Shown: positions 28,960 through 40,774 of the stretch, in pieces
How the letters are laid out: every line of letters begins with the position of its first letter
Position numbering within the stretch: the stretch's first letter is position 1
NCBI RefSeq assembly: GCF_016026235.1
Contig: NZ_CP065613.1
Source of the DNA: Escherichia coli
GTDB taxonomy: Bacteria > Pseudomonadota > Gammaproteobacteria > Enterobacterales > Enterobacteriaceae
Length of the DNA: 64,000 nt
Strand: one strand, 5' to 3'
Program-made: the position numbers and the translations under genes
Notes under the pieces: model-generated
Databases searched by the model: none
What the model was told of the DNA's origin: nothing
The model's input: the letters and a program-made list of their open reading frames with translations, nothing else

Positions 28960-29457
28960 ATGCTGAAACCAGAAATGATTGAAAAACTTAATGAGCAGAT
29001 GAACCTGGAACTGTACTCTTCACTGCTTTATCAGCAAATGAGCGCCTGGTGCAGCTATCATACCTTCGAAGGTGCTGCCGCGTTCCTGCGCCGTCACGCC
29101 CAGGAAGAGATGACGCATATGCAGCGTCTGTTTGATTACCTGACTGATACCGGCAATTTACCGCGTATTAATACCGTTGAATCTCCGTTTGCTGAATATT
29201 CCTCACTTGATGAATTATTCCAGGAAACCTATAAACACGAACAATTAATCACCCAGAAAATTAACGAACTGGCTCATGCTGCAATGACCAATCAGGACTA
29301 CCCAACATTTAATTTCCTGCAATGGTATGTTTCTGAGCAGCATGAAGAAGAGAAACTGTTCAAATCGATTATTGATAAATTAAGCCTGGCAGGCAAAAGC
29401 GGCGAAGGTCTGTATTTTATCGACAAAGAACTCTCTACCCTCGACACACAAAACTAA
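28960..29457 (+). CDS. ftnA: Ferritin FtnA (165 aa)
   Basis: Matches FtnA from [55 protein letters not shown]. Confidence 0.94.
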
Positions 29458-29463
29458 TGCTCT

Positions 29464-29490
29464 CCGGCGGCAGGTTTACTGCCGCCGTTT
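29464..29490 (+). terminator. Rho-independent terminator downstream of ftnA
   Basis: Hairpin CGGCGGCAG-GTTTA-CTGCCGCCG followed by TTTC. Confidence 0.65.
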
Positions 29491-29494
29491 CAAA

Positions 29495-29734
29495 TCAGTG
29501 ACGGCAAATCTTACTCTGATCGGTCGAAAAACCGTCTTTCGAAGGTATAAATTTGCCTTTTGCTGCCAGAAACGCTACCAGCTCTCCCGCTGTCATCCCT
29601 TCTGCCGAGCAGGTGTGAAAACGTGCCTGTTCACCAAAACGCGCTTTAATCGCAGCTTCCAGACTGGCATGCGTATATTGCTCGCCTGATTCAATCATCA
29701 TATTTAACACTTCATGACCGTGAATAGAGTCCAT
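29495..29734 (-). CDS. yecH: DUF2492 family protein YecH (79 aa)
   Basis: Full-length match MDSIHGHEVLNMMIESGEQYTHASLEAAIKARFGEQARFHTCSAEGM... Confidence 0.88.
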   Translation of the reverse strand: MDSIHGHEVLNMMIESGEQYTHASLEAAIKARFGEQARFHTCSAEGMTAGELVAFLAAKGKFIPSKDGFSTDQSKICRH

Positions 29735-29924
29735 CGTCCCTCCTCAAAAAAAGCCTAGCGTAGCGATTGCCGCTTATGAAGACTTTGCGCCAGCGCAGGA
29801 CTGAATGCTTTTTATTGTACATTTATATTTACACCATATGTAACGTCGGTTTGACGAAGCAGCCGTTATGCCTTAACCTGCGCCGCAGATATCATTCATA
29901 AAGATCGTCAGGACAGAAGAAAGC

Positions 29925-31136
29925 GTGAAAAACAGAACCCTGGGAAGTGTTTTTATCGTGGCGGGAACCACAATTGGCGCAGGCATGCTGGCAATGCCGC
30001 TGGCTGCGGCCGGTGTTGGTTTTAGCGTTACGTTAATCTTGTTGATTGGGCTTTGGGCGTTGATGTGCTACACGGCGCTATTACTGCTGGAGGTGTACCA
30101 GCATGTTCCGGCAGATACCGGTCTGGGCACGCTGGCAAAACGCTATCTGGGACGCTACGGTCAATGGCTGACGGGCTTCAGTATGATGTTCTTAATGTAT
30201 GCTCTGACTGCGGCATACATCAGCGGTGCCGGTGAATTGTTGGCCTCCAGCATCAGCGACTGGACAGGTATTTCAATGTCGGCAACCGCTGGCGTGCTGT
30301 TGTTCACTTTTGTTGCCGGTGGCGTGGTTTGTGTTGGAACATCGCTGGTCGATTTATTTAACCGTTTTCTGTTCAGCGCCAAAATTATTTTTCTGGTGGT
30401 GATGCTGGTATTGCTGCTACCGCATATTCACAAAGTGAATCTTTTAACCCTGCCGTTGCAACAGGGGCTGGCTCTGTCAGCAATCCCGGTGATTTTTACC
30501 TCATTTGGTTTTCACGGTAGCGTGCCGAGTATTGTCAGCTATATGGATGGCAACGTTCGTAAGCTACGCTGGGTGTTTATAACCGGTAGTGCGATCCCCC
30601 TGGTGGCATATATTTTCTGGCAGGTGGCAACGCTTGGTAGCATTGATTCAACAACCTTTATGGGATTGCTGGCTAATCATGCTGGATTAAACGGGCTGTT
30701 ACAGGCGTTACGCGAAATGGTGGCCTCTCCGCATGTTGAGCTGGCAGTGCATTTATTTGCTGATTTAGCCCTCGCCACGTCATTTCTCGGCGTTGCGTTA
30801 GGCTTATTTGATTATCTGGCTGATTTATTTCAGCGTTCAAATACCGTTGGTGGACGGTTGCAAACTGGTGCAATTACCTTTCTGCCGCCGTTGGCGTTTG
30901 CACTGTTTTATCCACGAGGATTTGTGATGGCGCTGGGTTACGCCGGTGTGGCGCTGGCGGTACTGGCATTGATTATCCCTTCGCTGTTGACCTGGCAAAG
31001 CAGAAAGCACAATCCTCAGGCGGGTTACCGGGTGAAAGGTGGTCGTCCGGCGCTGGTGGTGGTGTTTCTCTGTGGTATTGCTGTGATTGGCGTGCAATTT
31101 TTGATTGCGGCAGAGTTGTTACCAGAAGTGGGGTGA
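29925..31136 (+). CDS. tyrP: Tyrosine-specific transport protein TyrP (403 aa)
   Basis: Full-length match; GTG start codon at 29925 ([30 protein letters not shown]). Confidence 0.94.
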   Translation: MKNRTLGSVFIVAGTTIGAGMLAMPLAAAGVGFSVTLILLIGLWALMCYTALLLLEVYQHVPADTGLGTLAKRYLGRYGQWLTGFSMMFLMYALTAAYISGAGELLASSISDWTGISMSATAGVLLFTFVAGGVVCVGTSLVDLFNRFLFSAKIIFLVVMLVLLLPHIHKVNLLTLPLQQGLALSAIPVIFTSFGFHGSVPSIVSYMDGNVRKLRWVFITGSAIPLVAYIFWQVATLGSIDSTTFMGLLANHAGLNGLLQALREMVASPHVELAVHLFADLALATSFLGVALGLFDYLADLFQRSNTVGGRLQTGAITFLPPLAFALFYPRGFVMALGYAGVALAVLALIIPSLLTWQSRKHNPQAGYRVKGGRPALVVVFLCGIAVIGVQFLIAAELLPEVG

Positions 31137-31197
31137 TCAGATAGCCTCAAATTCCTTATTGGGTGCCAGAATTAACGCTGACACCCAATTTGACCTC

Positions 31198-31863
31198 TTA
31201 ATGCAGGCAGCACTGCTTAAATTTCTTACCACTACCGCACGGGCAAGGATCGTTACGCCCCGGTTTCTCTTCTGCTTTGATCGGTTGCTGAACAGCTTTT
31301 TCCTGCGGATGCGCCATCCAGTACGCATGTAGATCAAGCGCCGCCAGTCGAATGGCATCTACGCTCTCTTCAAACGCTTCTGGCGACATTTTCTCTACCC
31401 GCTCGAAGTTTTCCTCAGTACCGTGCAGCGCAATCGCCTCCAGCGCTGGTTTTAACGAATCGGGCAACGTTGACCAGTCAGAAAGTGCCACGCCCCGCAT
31501 ATAGCCAAAGCACCACTCCTCAACAATCGTCAGCTCGCTGCCATCAACTTCTCGCAAGCCGAATAACGGCTCAAACTGCTCCGGGAATTCGTTCAGACGC
31601 TCTGCGGTATCGGCCATATGTTGAAAAGCCAGGTTCATAAAGCGCGTCATCTCTTTCTCTGACGCCCAGCGCGGCACATAGTCAGCCCCACCCCACACGG
31701 CAACCAGCCACTGTGCCGGTTCAATCTCTTGCGGAGAACTCAACACCGCCGTCAATAAACCGTCCAGCTCCGCCACATCAAGGATGGCGTGGTCAGTGTT
31801 GTATTTGGTCAGAATATCGTCCAGCCATTCCAACTCACTTTCGTTTAACGGTCCCGTTTTCAT
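31198..31863 (-). CDS. yecA: UPF0149/SEC-C-motif protein YecA (221 aa)
   Basis: Full-length match; C-terminal metal-binding SEC-C motif [20 protein letters not shown]. Confidence 0.93.
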   Translation of the reverse strand: MKTGPLNESELEWLDDILTKYNTDHAILDVAELDGLLTAVLSSPQEIEPAQWLVAVWGGADYVPRWASEKEMTRFMNLAFQHMADTAERLNEFPEQFEPLFGLREVDGSELTIVEEWCFGYMRGVALSDWSTLPDSLKPALEAIALHGTEENFERVEKMSPEAFEESVDAIRLAALDLHAYWMAHPQEKAVQQPIKAEEKPGRNDPCPCGSGKKFKQCCLH

Positions 31864-32002
31864 ACGCTTTTCCTTGTGGATCTCAACTCGCCAGCACCTA
31901 TCTTACATGCCGGTCCGTATCAGAGATACTTTTTGAGTGGCTTTGCCGGTGATTAAAAATTAAGGAGGGTGTAACGACAAGTTGCAGGCACAAAAAAACC
32001 AC

Positions 32003-32114
32003 CCGAAGGTGGTTTCACGACACTGCTTATTGCTTTGATTTTATTCTTATCTTTCCCATGGTACCCGGAGCGGGACTTGAACCCGCACAGCGCGAACGCC
32101 GAGGGATTTTAAAT
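32003..32114. repeat. Left direct repeat of the island: terminator-like hairpin plus 56 nt copy of the tRNA-Leu 3' end (32059..32114), att-like
   Basis: About 95% identical to 60482..60601 (the 3' part of intact leuZ and its downstream terminator); tRNA identity is lost after ...GAGGGATTTTAAAT at 32114. Confidence 0.85.
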
Positions 32115-32379
32115 TCTACGTAGGATCAATGAGTTACATAGCAGTGCATTGTGAAACTTTGCTGACGTTGAATGGTCGTCTTTGCAACCACTGGCAGAAA
32201 ATGGATAGCCGTAGATTGCGTTGAGCACAGAAACAGCACAGGGTAATCGTCTACCTGGTCCTGTAAAGGAGGTTGTTGCCACACAAGCTAAAGCGCTTGA
32301 CCTGCCCCCAGTATTCGGTACAACTGTCAGTTAGTAATGGACTGACCCCGTTACTTTATTCGTACCCCTTATAATGGGG

Positions 32380-32576
32380 TGTTAGCCAGCCAGACCCGGC
32401 ATGATTACTGCCCCCAGTCGTCCATGATCCGGGGGGTGATGTCACCGGGTCTGGTGGGGCGCTGGTAACCGCTAATAGGGGTCAGGTCAGGCACTTTTGC
32501 CGGGACCGTCTGTAACGTGGATGCCGGTACCTGCTCCCCGTGGTTATCTGGTTAACCCATATACAAGGGAGACAGA
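32380..32576 (+). ncRNA. Candidate structured non-coding RNA upstream of the IS110-family recombinase (possible bridge RNA)
   Basis: GC-rich non-coding stretch with a long inverted repeat (CCAGACCCGG ... CCGGGTCTGG) immediately 5' of the recombinase; bridge RNAs are encoded in the 5' non-coding end in the IS110 subgroup (established for IS621). Inference only. Confidence 0.25.
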
Positions 32577-33773
32577 ATGACCGAATCCAGCGATTACGAA
32601 TCCGTCCAGGTCTTTATCGGCGTTGATGTCGGTAAAGATACGCATCACGCTGTTGCCATTAATCGTTCAGGTAAACGCCTGTTCGATAAAGCATTACCCA
32701 ACGACGAAAACAAACTCAGGTCGCTAATATCTGACCTGAAACAACATGGTCAGATACTGCTGGTTGTTGATCAGCCAGCTACCATCGGTGCGTTACCTGT
32801 CGCCGTTGCCCGCTCAGAAGGAGTCCTTGTCGGATACCTCCCTGGACTGGCCATGCGCCGCATAGCCGACTTACACGCCGGTGAAGCTAAAACTGATGCT
32901 CGTGACGCTGCCATCATTGCCGAAGCTGCCCGTACCCTGCCTCACGCGCTACGCACGCTGAAACTGGCTGACGAGCAAATCGCCGAACTCTCCATGCTCT
33001 GCGGCTTCGATGATGATCTTGCCGCACAGACAACGCAGGCCAGCAACCGTATCCGCGGCCTTCTGACCCAGATACATCCGGCACTGGAGCGCGTTCTCGG
33101 TCCGAGACTTGAGCACCCGGCGGTACTCGATCTTCTCCAGCGATATCCCTCACCAGAAAAACTCGCTTCGCTGGGTGAGAAGAAGCTGGCAGCCCAGCTC
33201 TGCAAACTTGCGCCTCGTCTGGGTAAACGCCTTGCAGCAGACATAGCTCAGGCACTGGCCGAACAAACCGTCGTCGTTCCCGGCACGAATGCCGCTGCCG
33301 TAGTACTGCCACGTCTGGCACTCCAGCTCATCACGCTGCGTAAGCAAAGAGACGAGGTGGCGCTTGAGGTAGAACAGCGAGTTCTTGCTCACCCTCTTTA
33401 CCCGGTCCTGACCAGTATGCCCGGAGTCGGTGTCAGGACCGCAGCCAGACTCCTCACCGAGGTCGCCTGCCGCGCCTTCGCCTCTGCCGCACATCTCGCT
33501 GCTTATGCTGGCCTTGCGCCGGTAACTCGGCGATCCGGCTCGTCAATACGCGGTGAGCATCCCTCGCGACGGGGTAATAAAGCTCTCAAACGGGCGTTGT
33601 TCCTGTCGGCCTTCGCCGCGCTCAGGGATCCGCTCTCCAGGGCTTACTACACCCGCAAAATGAGTCAGGGAAAACGACACAATCAGGCGCTTATCGCCCT
33701 GGCGAGACGACGCTGCGACGTTCTGTTCGCCATGATGCGCGACGGGACTTTTTATACCCCGCAGGGGTCATAA
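32577..33773 (+). CDS. IS110-family transposase/recombinase (398 aa)
   Basis: N-terminal RuvC-like DEDD motif VFIGVDVGKDTHHAVAIN and C-terminal Transposase_20-type block PGVGVRTAARLL; RBS AAGGGAGA upstream of the ATG. Confidence 0.85.
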   Translation: MTESSDYESVQVFIGVDVGKDTHHAVAINRSGKRLFDKALPNDENKLRSLISDLKQHGQILLVVDQPATIGALPVAVARSEGVLVGYLPGLAMRRIADLHAGEAKTDARDAAIIAEAARTLPHALRTLKLADEQIAELSMLCGFDDDLAAQTTQASNRIRGLLTQIHPALERVLGPRLEHPAVLDLLQRYPSPEKLASLGEKKLAAQLCKLAPRLGKRLAADIAQALAEQTVVVPGTNAAAVVLPRLALQLITLRKQRDEVALEVEQRVLAHPLYPVLTSMPGVGVRTAARLLTEVACRAFASAAHLAAYAGLAPVTRRSGSSIRGEHPSRRGNKALKRALFLSAFAALRDPLSRAYYTRKMSQGKRHNQALIALARRRCDVLFAMMRDGTFYTPQGS

Positions 33774-33869
33774 CATGCTTGACAACTTAATAGGGGCACC
33801 CCCCGGTAGACGATCCTGCCCTATAGTTGGACTGACCCCACCCCGGTAGACGATCCTGCCCTATAGTTT

Positions 33870-34053
33870 GAGTATAGGGGGAGCATATGGGCACACCACG
33901 GTCAATCAACCAATGACTGAGCAAATCAGGCTCAACATTACGGTTGTTAGGACGCGTGTGCCAATCGCCTAGATAACGATAGCCCAATTCCTCAATAAAA
34001 AACCTGACTACGCGCTGTTGAGTTGCGCGTTCACGTTGTCCGACAGTTGTCAC
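33870..34053 (-). pseudogene. 5' remnant of a gene truncated by the IS110-family element (resembles an N-terminus of a restriction-enzyme or helicase subunit)
   Basis: ORF 33787..34053 begins MTTVGQRERATQQRVVRFFIEELGYRYLGDWHTRPNNRNVEPDLL and then reads into the repeat-containing end of the IS; it lies 23 nt downstream of the helicase gene stop, so it was the next gene in that operon. Homology assignment is weak. Confidence 0.3.
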
Positions 34054-36396
34054 TGTTCTTATTACCTTTAACTAATTATGCCAATTCAGACTCAAACGCT
34101 GCATCATTCGCTTCAGCCTCTGCGCCATCAATTAATGCCAAGACTCGGTCAAGAAAGCGTTGCGCTTCGTATACATCTGTTGCTTGCCGCAGATAATGAG
34201 GTATTCGTTCAACAAACTCGGAACGTGATAAAGGCTGATGTTCCAGCAAAGCCTCAAGCATTGCGGGCCGCAACAAACGACGATCAGCATCAACATTAGG
34301 AAGCTCAACCTCAATGACATGTGTGGCAAAATACTTAAGTTGCTCCTTAAGCCCCAAATTGGGCATAAGAGAATCAATTGAGTCAGACGCCACTTCAGCG
34401 CTTGACTCAATCGTTTCGACATATTCACAGGAAGGTACAACAACGTCTGGAGCCAATGTTTTAAGCTCATGGAGTTTACGGATAATCGGAGATAGAACCT
34501 CATCAGGATTACTGAACCAATCAGTGGACCAAATGCGGCTAATTCTCCAACCCAAACGCTCCAGAACCTCTTGACGCAAACGGTCACGATCACGAGCAGA
34601 TTTAGCTGAGTGATAAGCCGCACCATCACACTCTATGCCCATTAAGTAACGGCCAGGACAACCTGGATCTTTCACAGCTAGATCAATAAAGAATCCTGCA
34701 ACCCCTACCTGAGGTTCACACTCAAACCCAGCGTGATTGAGTGCTTCCATTACAGCAACCTCAAAGTCACTATCTGGAGCCCTGCCGGTATGCGTTGTGA
34801 GGGAATCTAGTTTGCCACTTTCGGCAAACTGTAAAAAACCTTTCAACGAAATAACACCAAGTTTACTGGTTTCACTCGTCAATACATCTTCAGAACGCAT
34901 TGAACTAAACACATGCATCCGTTTTTTTGATCGAGTGAAAAGCACATTCAAGCGACGCCAGCCAACATCGGAATTGATAGGTCCAAAGCGTTGATAAACC
35001 TTTCCACCATGCTCAGAAGGTCCATAGGTAAAGGAAATAAAGATTACATCACGCTCATCCCCTTGAACGTTCTCAAGGTTTTTCACAAAAAGTGGCTCTT
35101 CCATGGCATATAAGCCATCGATTGCATCGTTAAATTCAGGGCGATTTCGGCGCAATTCATCGATAGCGCGCTCAATTTGATCGCGTTGCTTGGAACTCAT
35201 GGCCACTACCCCGAGTGACTCACCCGGCCGGTGTTGCGCATGATGAAGTACGGCCTCAGCAACTGCTTGGGCTTCTTCAATATTGTGTTGATTGGAGAAC
35301 CGACCTTTTGACACATAGGTAAATTTAATCCCATACTCTGGAGACTCAGCATTTGGGGAAGGGAATATCACCAAATCACTGTTATAAAAATGGCGGTTAG
35401 AGTATGCAATCAACTTTTCATGTCGTGAACGATAGTGCCAACGCAAACGTCTCATAGGAAACAGTGGCAAAGCAGCATCCAAAATGCTGTCAGTATCACT
35501 TAAAGCCGCGGCATCATCGTCATCTTCTCCGTCGGCACTTCGATCAAAGAAACTGGTTGGTGGTAGCTGTTTCGGGTCACCAACGACCACTAGTTGCTTG
35601 CCCCTCGCGATGACACCCAATGCATCCTCTGGCTTCACCTGAGACGCTTCGTCCATCACCACCAGATCAAATTCCATTCGTCCAGGTTCTAGGTAATGAG
35701 CTGCTGACATTGGCCCCATCATGAAACAAGGTTTAATTGCAACCAGCGCATTACATGCACGGTTAACCAATTGCCTAATTGGAATATGTCTGGTTTTTTT
35801 ACCCAACTCATTTTTGATCAAAGCTAGTTCTGTATATTCACTTTTCTTACCACCAGAATTCCCTTCTGGTATATTTCGGTAAGCAATTTTTGCTGCAATC
35901 CGCTGACGTTGTAATTCAATCAGTTTTTTGTCGTAATCTTTAAATGACTTCTGCAAAGCATTGCGCTGTGAGCCGGAAACTCTCATCAATTCAGGGTGGA
36001 TGTGAATAACCTCCCGCGCCAGCTGGTCATGAATTGCTAATGCTAAACCCAATTCAACTTTTTCAATCGGGAGCGAGCCCGCAAGTACAGCACTCCAGAT
36101 TCGCTGCAATCCATTTTCATGCATCTGCTCGTAACAACGAATAAAGTTAACCCACCCGTTCAACCAACGGGGTTGCTGTATTGCTCTTTCGTTGCGCTCG
36201 ATTAATGTATTAAGAGAACCATCAGTCGACTTGAGCCACTGACTCCGCTCTAACTTTGTTTCTAGCGCATATAACTCAGCATTTTTAATCTGTTCATTCC
36301 ATTTCGAAACTATTTCCCCACCATCACGACATAGTAAATCGGGTGATGCTGCCAACTTACTGATTTAGTGTATGATGGTGTTTTTGAGGTGCTCCA

Positions 36397-36672
36397 GTGG
36401 CTTCTGTTTCTATCAGCTGTCCCTCCTGTTCAGCTACTGACGGGGTGGTGCGTAACGGCAAAAGCACCGCCGGACATCAGCGCTATCTCTGCTCTCACTG
36501 CCGTAAAACATGGCAACTGCAGTTCACTTACACCGCTTCTCAACCCGGTACGCACCAGAAAATCATTGATATGGCCATGAATGGCGTTGGATGCCGGGCA
36601 ACTGCCCGCATTATGGGCGTTGGCCTCAACACGATTTTACGTCACTTAAAAAACTCAGGCCGCAGTCGGTAA
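36397..36672 (+). CDS. insA: IS1 protein InsA
   Basis: [43 protein letters not shown]... matches InsA. Confidence 0.9.
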
Positions 36673-37094
36673 CCTCGCGCATACAGCCGGGCAGTGACGT
36701 CATCGTCTGCGCGGAAATGGACGAACAGTGGGGCTATGTCGGGGCTAAATCGCGCCAGCGCTGGCTGTTTTACGCGTATGACAGTCTCCGGAAGACGGTT
36801 GTTGCGCACGTATTCGGTGAACGCACTATGGCGACGCTGGGGCGTCTTATGAGCCTGCTGTCACCCTTTGACGTGGTGATATGGATGACGGATGGCTGGC
36901 CGCTGTATGAATCCCGCCTGAAGGGAAAGCTGCACGTAATCAGCAAGCGATATACGCAGCGAATTGAGCGGCATAACCTGAATCTGAGGCAGCACCTGGC
37001 ACGGCTGGGACGGAAGTCGCTGTCGTTCTCAAAATCGGTGGAGCTGCATGACAAAGTCATCGGGCATTATCTGAACATAAAACACTATCAATAA
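36591..37094 (+). CDS. insB: IS1 transposase InsB reading frame (expressed as InsAB by -1 frameshift)
   Basis: ORF matches InsB (...[21 protein letters not shown]...); overlaps insA in the -1 frame. Confidence 0.85.
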
Positions 37095-40000
37095 GTTGGA
37101 GTCATTACCAGTAAATCGTAATCACTACCACTAGCCAAATGTCTGATCTGGGTAGCCAAGGATACGCAATTTATCTTATCAACCAGTTGCTCGGCAAAAT
37201 TCAGCGTGTCGTTAATAGTGTCTAACGTCAGTTGATTATTTTTATACGCACCGCAAGCCAATGGGGTTAATTGTAAAAACGCCCCTAACTGTAACGAGTC
37301 ATTTTCAAGGGATATCTGAAGATCGTTTATGTTTTGCAAAATCTCGGAGGAATGAGTCATCTGCTCTAATGATATATCTGGATTGATAAACCATCCCTGC
37401 AAGGCAATGAGAGTATTCCGCACCTGTCGGTAAGATTGCATCAATACACCTTGCTCACCTAACCAAGATGCATGTTCTTCCAACAAGCTAGAAATACGCG
37501 GTAATAACTTAGCCTCGTGCTCGACCCGTTTAACCAAAGTCATTAATCTTGAGCTAATCTGCGATTTCTCGATTAAATGCACACCTTTGATAATCTCACC
37601 ATCTAGGTTAATTAATCCAGAGCCTATCGCAACTCGCTTTCCAAAACCTATCCCGTAACAAGCTCGGACCTTCTTGTACCAATCACGCAATAACATGAGT
37701 TGTTCACAGTCGGTGTCCAACCCTCGGAATGCATTACCAAGTTGATTACCAAAGTCACTTTGTTCAAACCGTTGTAACAGCTCCGAATACTTGAGCAAAT
37801 CAGCTGAGCAGCGTTTTAACTCAGCAAACTTAGTGTCAGGCTTACGAGATTGCGCCATGAGCAGTGCCTTGGCACTACGCCAATCACTCTTAAACCATGC
37901 AAATAATCCCCCTTGCTGGATAACAGCAACGGCATGCGCGAGCATCTCTTGGGAAGGCAACTGGTCCAATTGATACAAAGTAGATAGACCATCTCTTAAA
38001 GGACGCAATGTTTCGATTTGACACATTAAGTCGCGCAATACTGCATCGATATCATCATCATCAAAAAGAGGATCTCGAACTCTAATAAGCTCAGTCGGTA
38101 AAGCACCCAGAATCGACAACAACTCAGAGCAGAATAGCAATCCAGCTTGCGAATCATCGATATACGAAGCAATACCATCTGGCAAAGCATTTTTGAAATC
38201 GTTTAATTGCGCATAAATAGATGATAACTCATCATGAATTGATTGGATGGATTCAAGCCACCTGACCAAATCACGTAAAGTGAAATCCTCTGCTGCACCA
38301 TATTTTTCCAGCTCTTCACGAGGAAAGTCACACGATTGTCCTTGTTCTAAAAGTCGTAGCTTTTGAGGCTCGATAACCTGGCTCAAGGCCACATAATGAC
38401 CTTGTAGCAACTCGAACCTATCTAAATAGTGACGCACCCGTGCAATGGCATCGAGTGAATCTAGCTCACTAAGTGCTGGGAAATGCTCTGAACCACACAA
38501 CACTGGAAGATTCGACTGATCTTCTACCAATTGCTCAATATATTGAAGCGTATTAAGGCTTTCGCCTTCTAACGCCCACTTATCTACATATTCTTGATAG
38601 CTATGTTGAAAGTCGATAATTGATGTCTGCCAAGTTTGTAGCAAATCGACTATACGAGCGCTGTCAAACAATTGAATTTGTGTGTTATTCACACCGCTCC
38701 AAGGGTGCTCATATATTTCTGCATTAGCCCCCACCTGCTCACGAACCTCTTTGTAGATGCGGCTAAACTCTACTATTTGGTCACGCAGCCGTAATTGGGT
38801 CACTTTATCCAACTGCTTCCCGGAAAGGTTTTCGATATGAAGTGCTGTTGCATCAATATCTAATTTGTGACGATAACGTGTTGCACCACTCAAAATCTGA
38901 TGGATCGTTTTGCCTGTTTGCGCCCATTGGTTATTGATCAATGCGGCATATTCATTGAGCTGCTGCTTAAGATCTTCATAACGCAAAATCTGAGCATCAA
39001 TCTCTTCCATAGTAGGCATGGTCGCCTGACTCACCAAGCGAGCATTAATATCATCCAGCACCTTGCGCTTATGAGTTTTATGACTGTGCAACTCTAAGCA
39101 AAATTGACCTAGCCCCGCACGATCCAAGCGACGTTTGACGACCTCCAGTGCAGCCATCTTCTCTGCCACAAACAGGACTTTCTTACCGTTGAGCAGAGCT
39201 GCTGCAATCAAGTTGGTGATCGTTTGTGATTTGCCACTACCAGGAGGGCCCTCAATGACTAAGTTTTGACCACGGATAGCATCGATCAACGCACTGTGCT
39301 GCGAGCTATCCGCATCATCGATTAGTGGAACCTTGTCATGAATATCAGGGTAACTATCGATGCAGTACTCATGCTGACCGAAGCCACCAGGTAAGCCGGA
39401 ATTCTCTTGACCACAGCTCTGACTGGTGAAAAAGCGACGAATTACTTCATGAGACAATATATTGCGCTTGTCACAAGGCCAGCGGGCAGGATCGAGGTCA
39501 AGATACATCATCATCTTGCCAAAATTGAGCAAGCTAAGTGCACCATAACGTTTCACAGACCATTTAGGTTTGTGCTGCTCTACAACCTTCTTCACCGAAG
39601 CAAAATAAGACTCTGGAGTTTCCTCTTCATTGAACAAAGGAAGAGCGAGGCCAAAGTCAGCCTGAAGTTTTTCCTTCAAAGAGAGATTGGGCAAAATATC
39701 TTCACCCGTGTAATAAAGTTGAAACTTGTAAAGACCATCCTTCGGATCTAATTTTCCTCGTTCACATCTCACCGGAATTGTAAATAACGGTGCATAACGT
39801 GCCTTTTCAGAGGAATCGCTTTCATACCACTCAAGGAACCCTAACGCCAAATACAAGATGTTGGCGCCACTCTCCTCCAAAGCAGTTTGAGCCTTACCAT
39901 AGATGGCGCGCAAACAAGCTTCCAGTTCATTTGGATAAAGCAGAGCCTGTATCCGATTATCGTCATGAGAGGAATTGGAAGAAGATATACTAATCTCATT

Positions 40001-40774
40001 CCCAGCCTTTGCCTGTCGTTCAAAATCCTCAAGCCCTTCATAGCCTGCTAAGCAGCACGCCTCCTTCAACGCTGACAAAGCTATACCTTGATTAACGTAT
40101 TCAGAACGAATCCCTGTTAATTTTCCATTCTGGCCTTGGGCATATTGCAAGATAAACTGATGGGCTTTTTCCAGCAACTCTCTATCTGAATCAGAAACAA
40201 CCGTTTTATGGCTATCTGGTAAATCAAAATCTGTACGGATTCCTAAGACGTGCGCCCAATCCTTAGCGCTAGGATGAGCTCTTAACTGTATATCTTTACC
40301 ATCTGGCCCAACTTTGAGATAGCCATGCTCTAACAGCTGCGCTCTAGTTGGATCGGGCACAGGAGCAAATTCCATCGGGATTTCCGAGCAAAGGGTTTCA
40401 TAAAGCTGTTCTGGTAATTCATCAACAATACGTAGTGAAGACCCTTTTTGAGTGATAGGGAAATTCAAAAGTCGATTTCGAGACGTAAGGTCCAATAACT
40501 TCTTACGCATAGCCTCGAGGGAAGTCAGAATAAAATCTGAGCCTCCTTGATTGAGTTCCTCTGCTGTAGAGGTATCTACAGTCGACATAATGTTCTCCAT
40601 TTCTTAGGGTCCACAAGTAAAACGTTTTATGCTGATGCATCACAAAAAGACCGCAGTAAACTGCTGCAAAGAAGAGGAGATTTTTAGTCTCCCCTTCTTT
40701 ATCAATCAGATCATACAATCAACTTAACGCCCATTAGTTGATAGCAGCCAAATTTCATAAACAGATTCAATCCG

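Larger units (their letters stand above)
32330..33870 (+). mobile_element. IS110-family insertion sequence (boundaries approximate)
   Basis: Encodes an IS110-type DEDD transposase; no terminal inverted repeats, as expected for this family; GGACTGACCCC motifs near both presumed ends (32344 and 33828); GC-rich, structured 5' region. Confidence 0.6.
36342..37109 (+). mobile_element. IS1 (768 bp), complete, with 9 bp target site duplication AGTAAATCG
   Basis: Terminal repeats GGTGATGCTGCCAACTTACTGATTTAGTG ... CCAACTTATTGATAGTG...AAGTTGGAGTCATTACC; identical 9 bp at 36333..36341 and 37110..37118. Confidence 0.93.
34076..40600 (-). pseudogene. Giant DUF4011 / superfamily-1 helicase / DUF559 (Vsr-like endonuclease) protein of ~1,900 aa, split by IS1
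   Basis: ORF 37088..40600 carries Walker A (VIEGPPGSGKSQT) and reads through the 9 bp duplication into IS1; ORF 34076..36355 starts inside IS1 and carries helicase motif II (VVMDEASQ), GDPKQLPPT and a C-terminal DUF559-like block (GFFIDLAV...GIECDGAAYHSAKSARDRDRLRQEVLERLGWRISRIWSTDWF). Joining across the duplication restores one continuous frame. Confidence 0.85.

Noticed and set aside
31137-31358. 73 aa minus-strand ORF between tyrP and yecA, and the 48898..49149 ORFs near the island yecA paralog
   Set aside because: They overlap the 3' ends of yecA / yecA-like in alternative frames and arise from the same GC-rich SEC-C motif sequence; no independent support.
32914-33494. Minus-strand ORFs (135, 100 and 114 aa) inside the IS110 recombinase gene
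   Set aside because: Antisense to a well-supported transposase in a GC-rich segment where long spurious ORFs are expected.
33801-33868. Tandem 27 bp repeat considered as a possible CRISPR array or iteron set
   Set aside because: Only two copies, no regular spacer structure and no cas genes; more likely a subterminal repeat of the IS110-family element.
40503-40718. 71 aa minus-strand ORF overlapping the 5' end of the DUF4011 helicase gene
   Set aside because: It overlaps the start region of the large gene in another frame and has no features; likely spurious.
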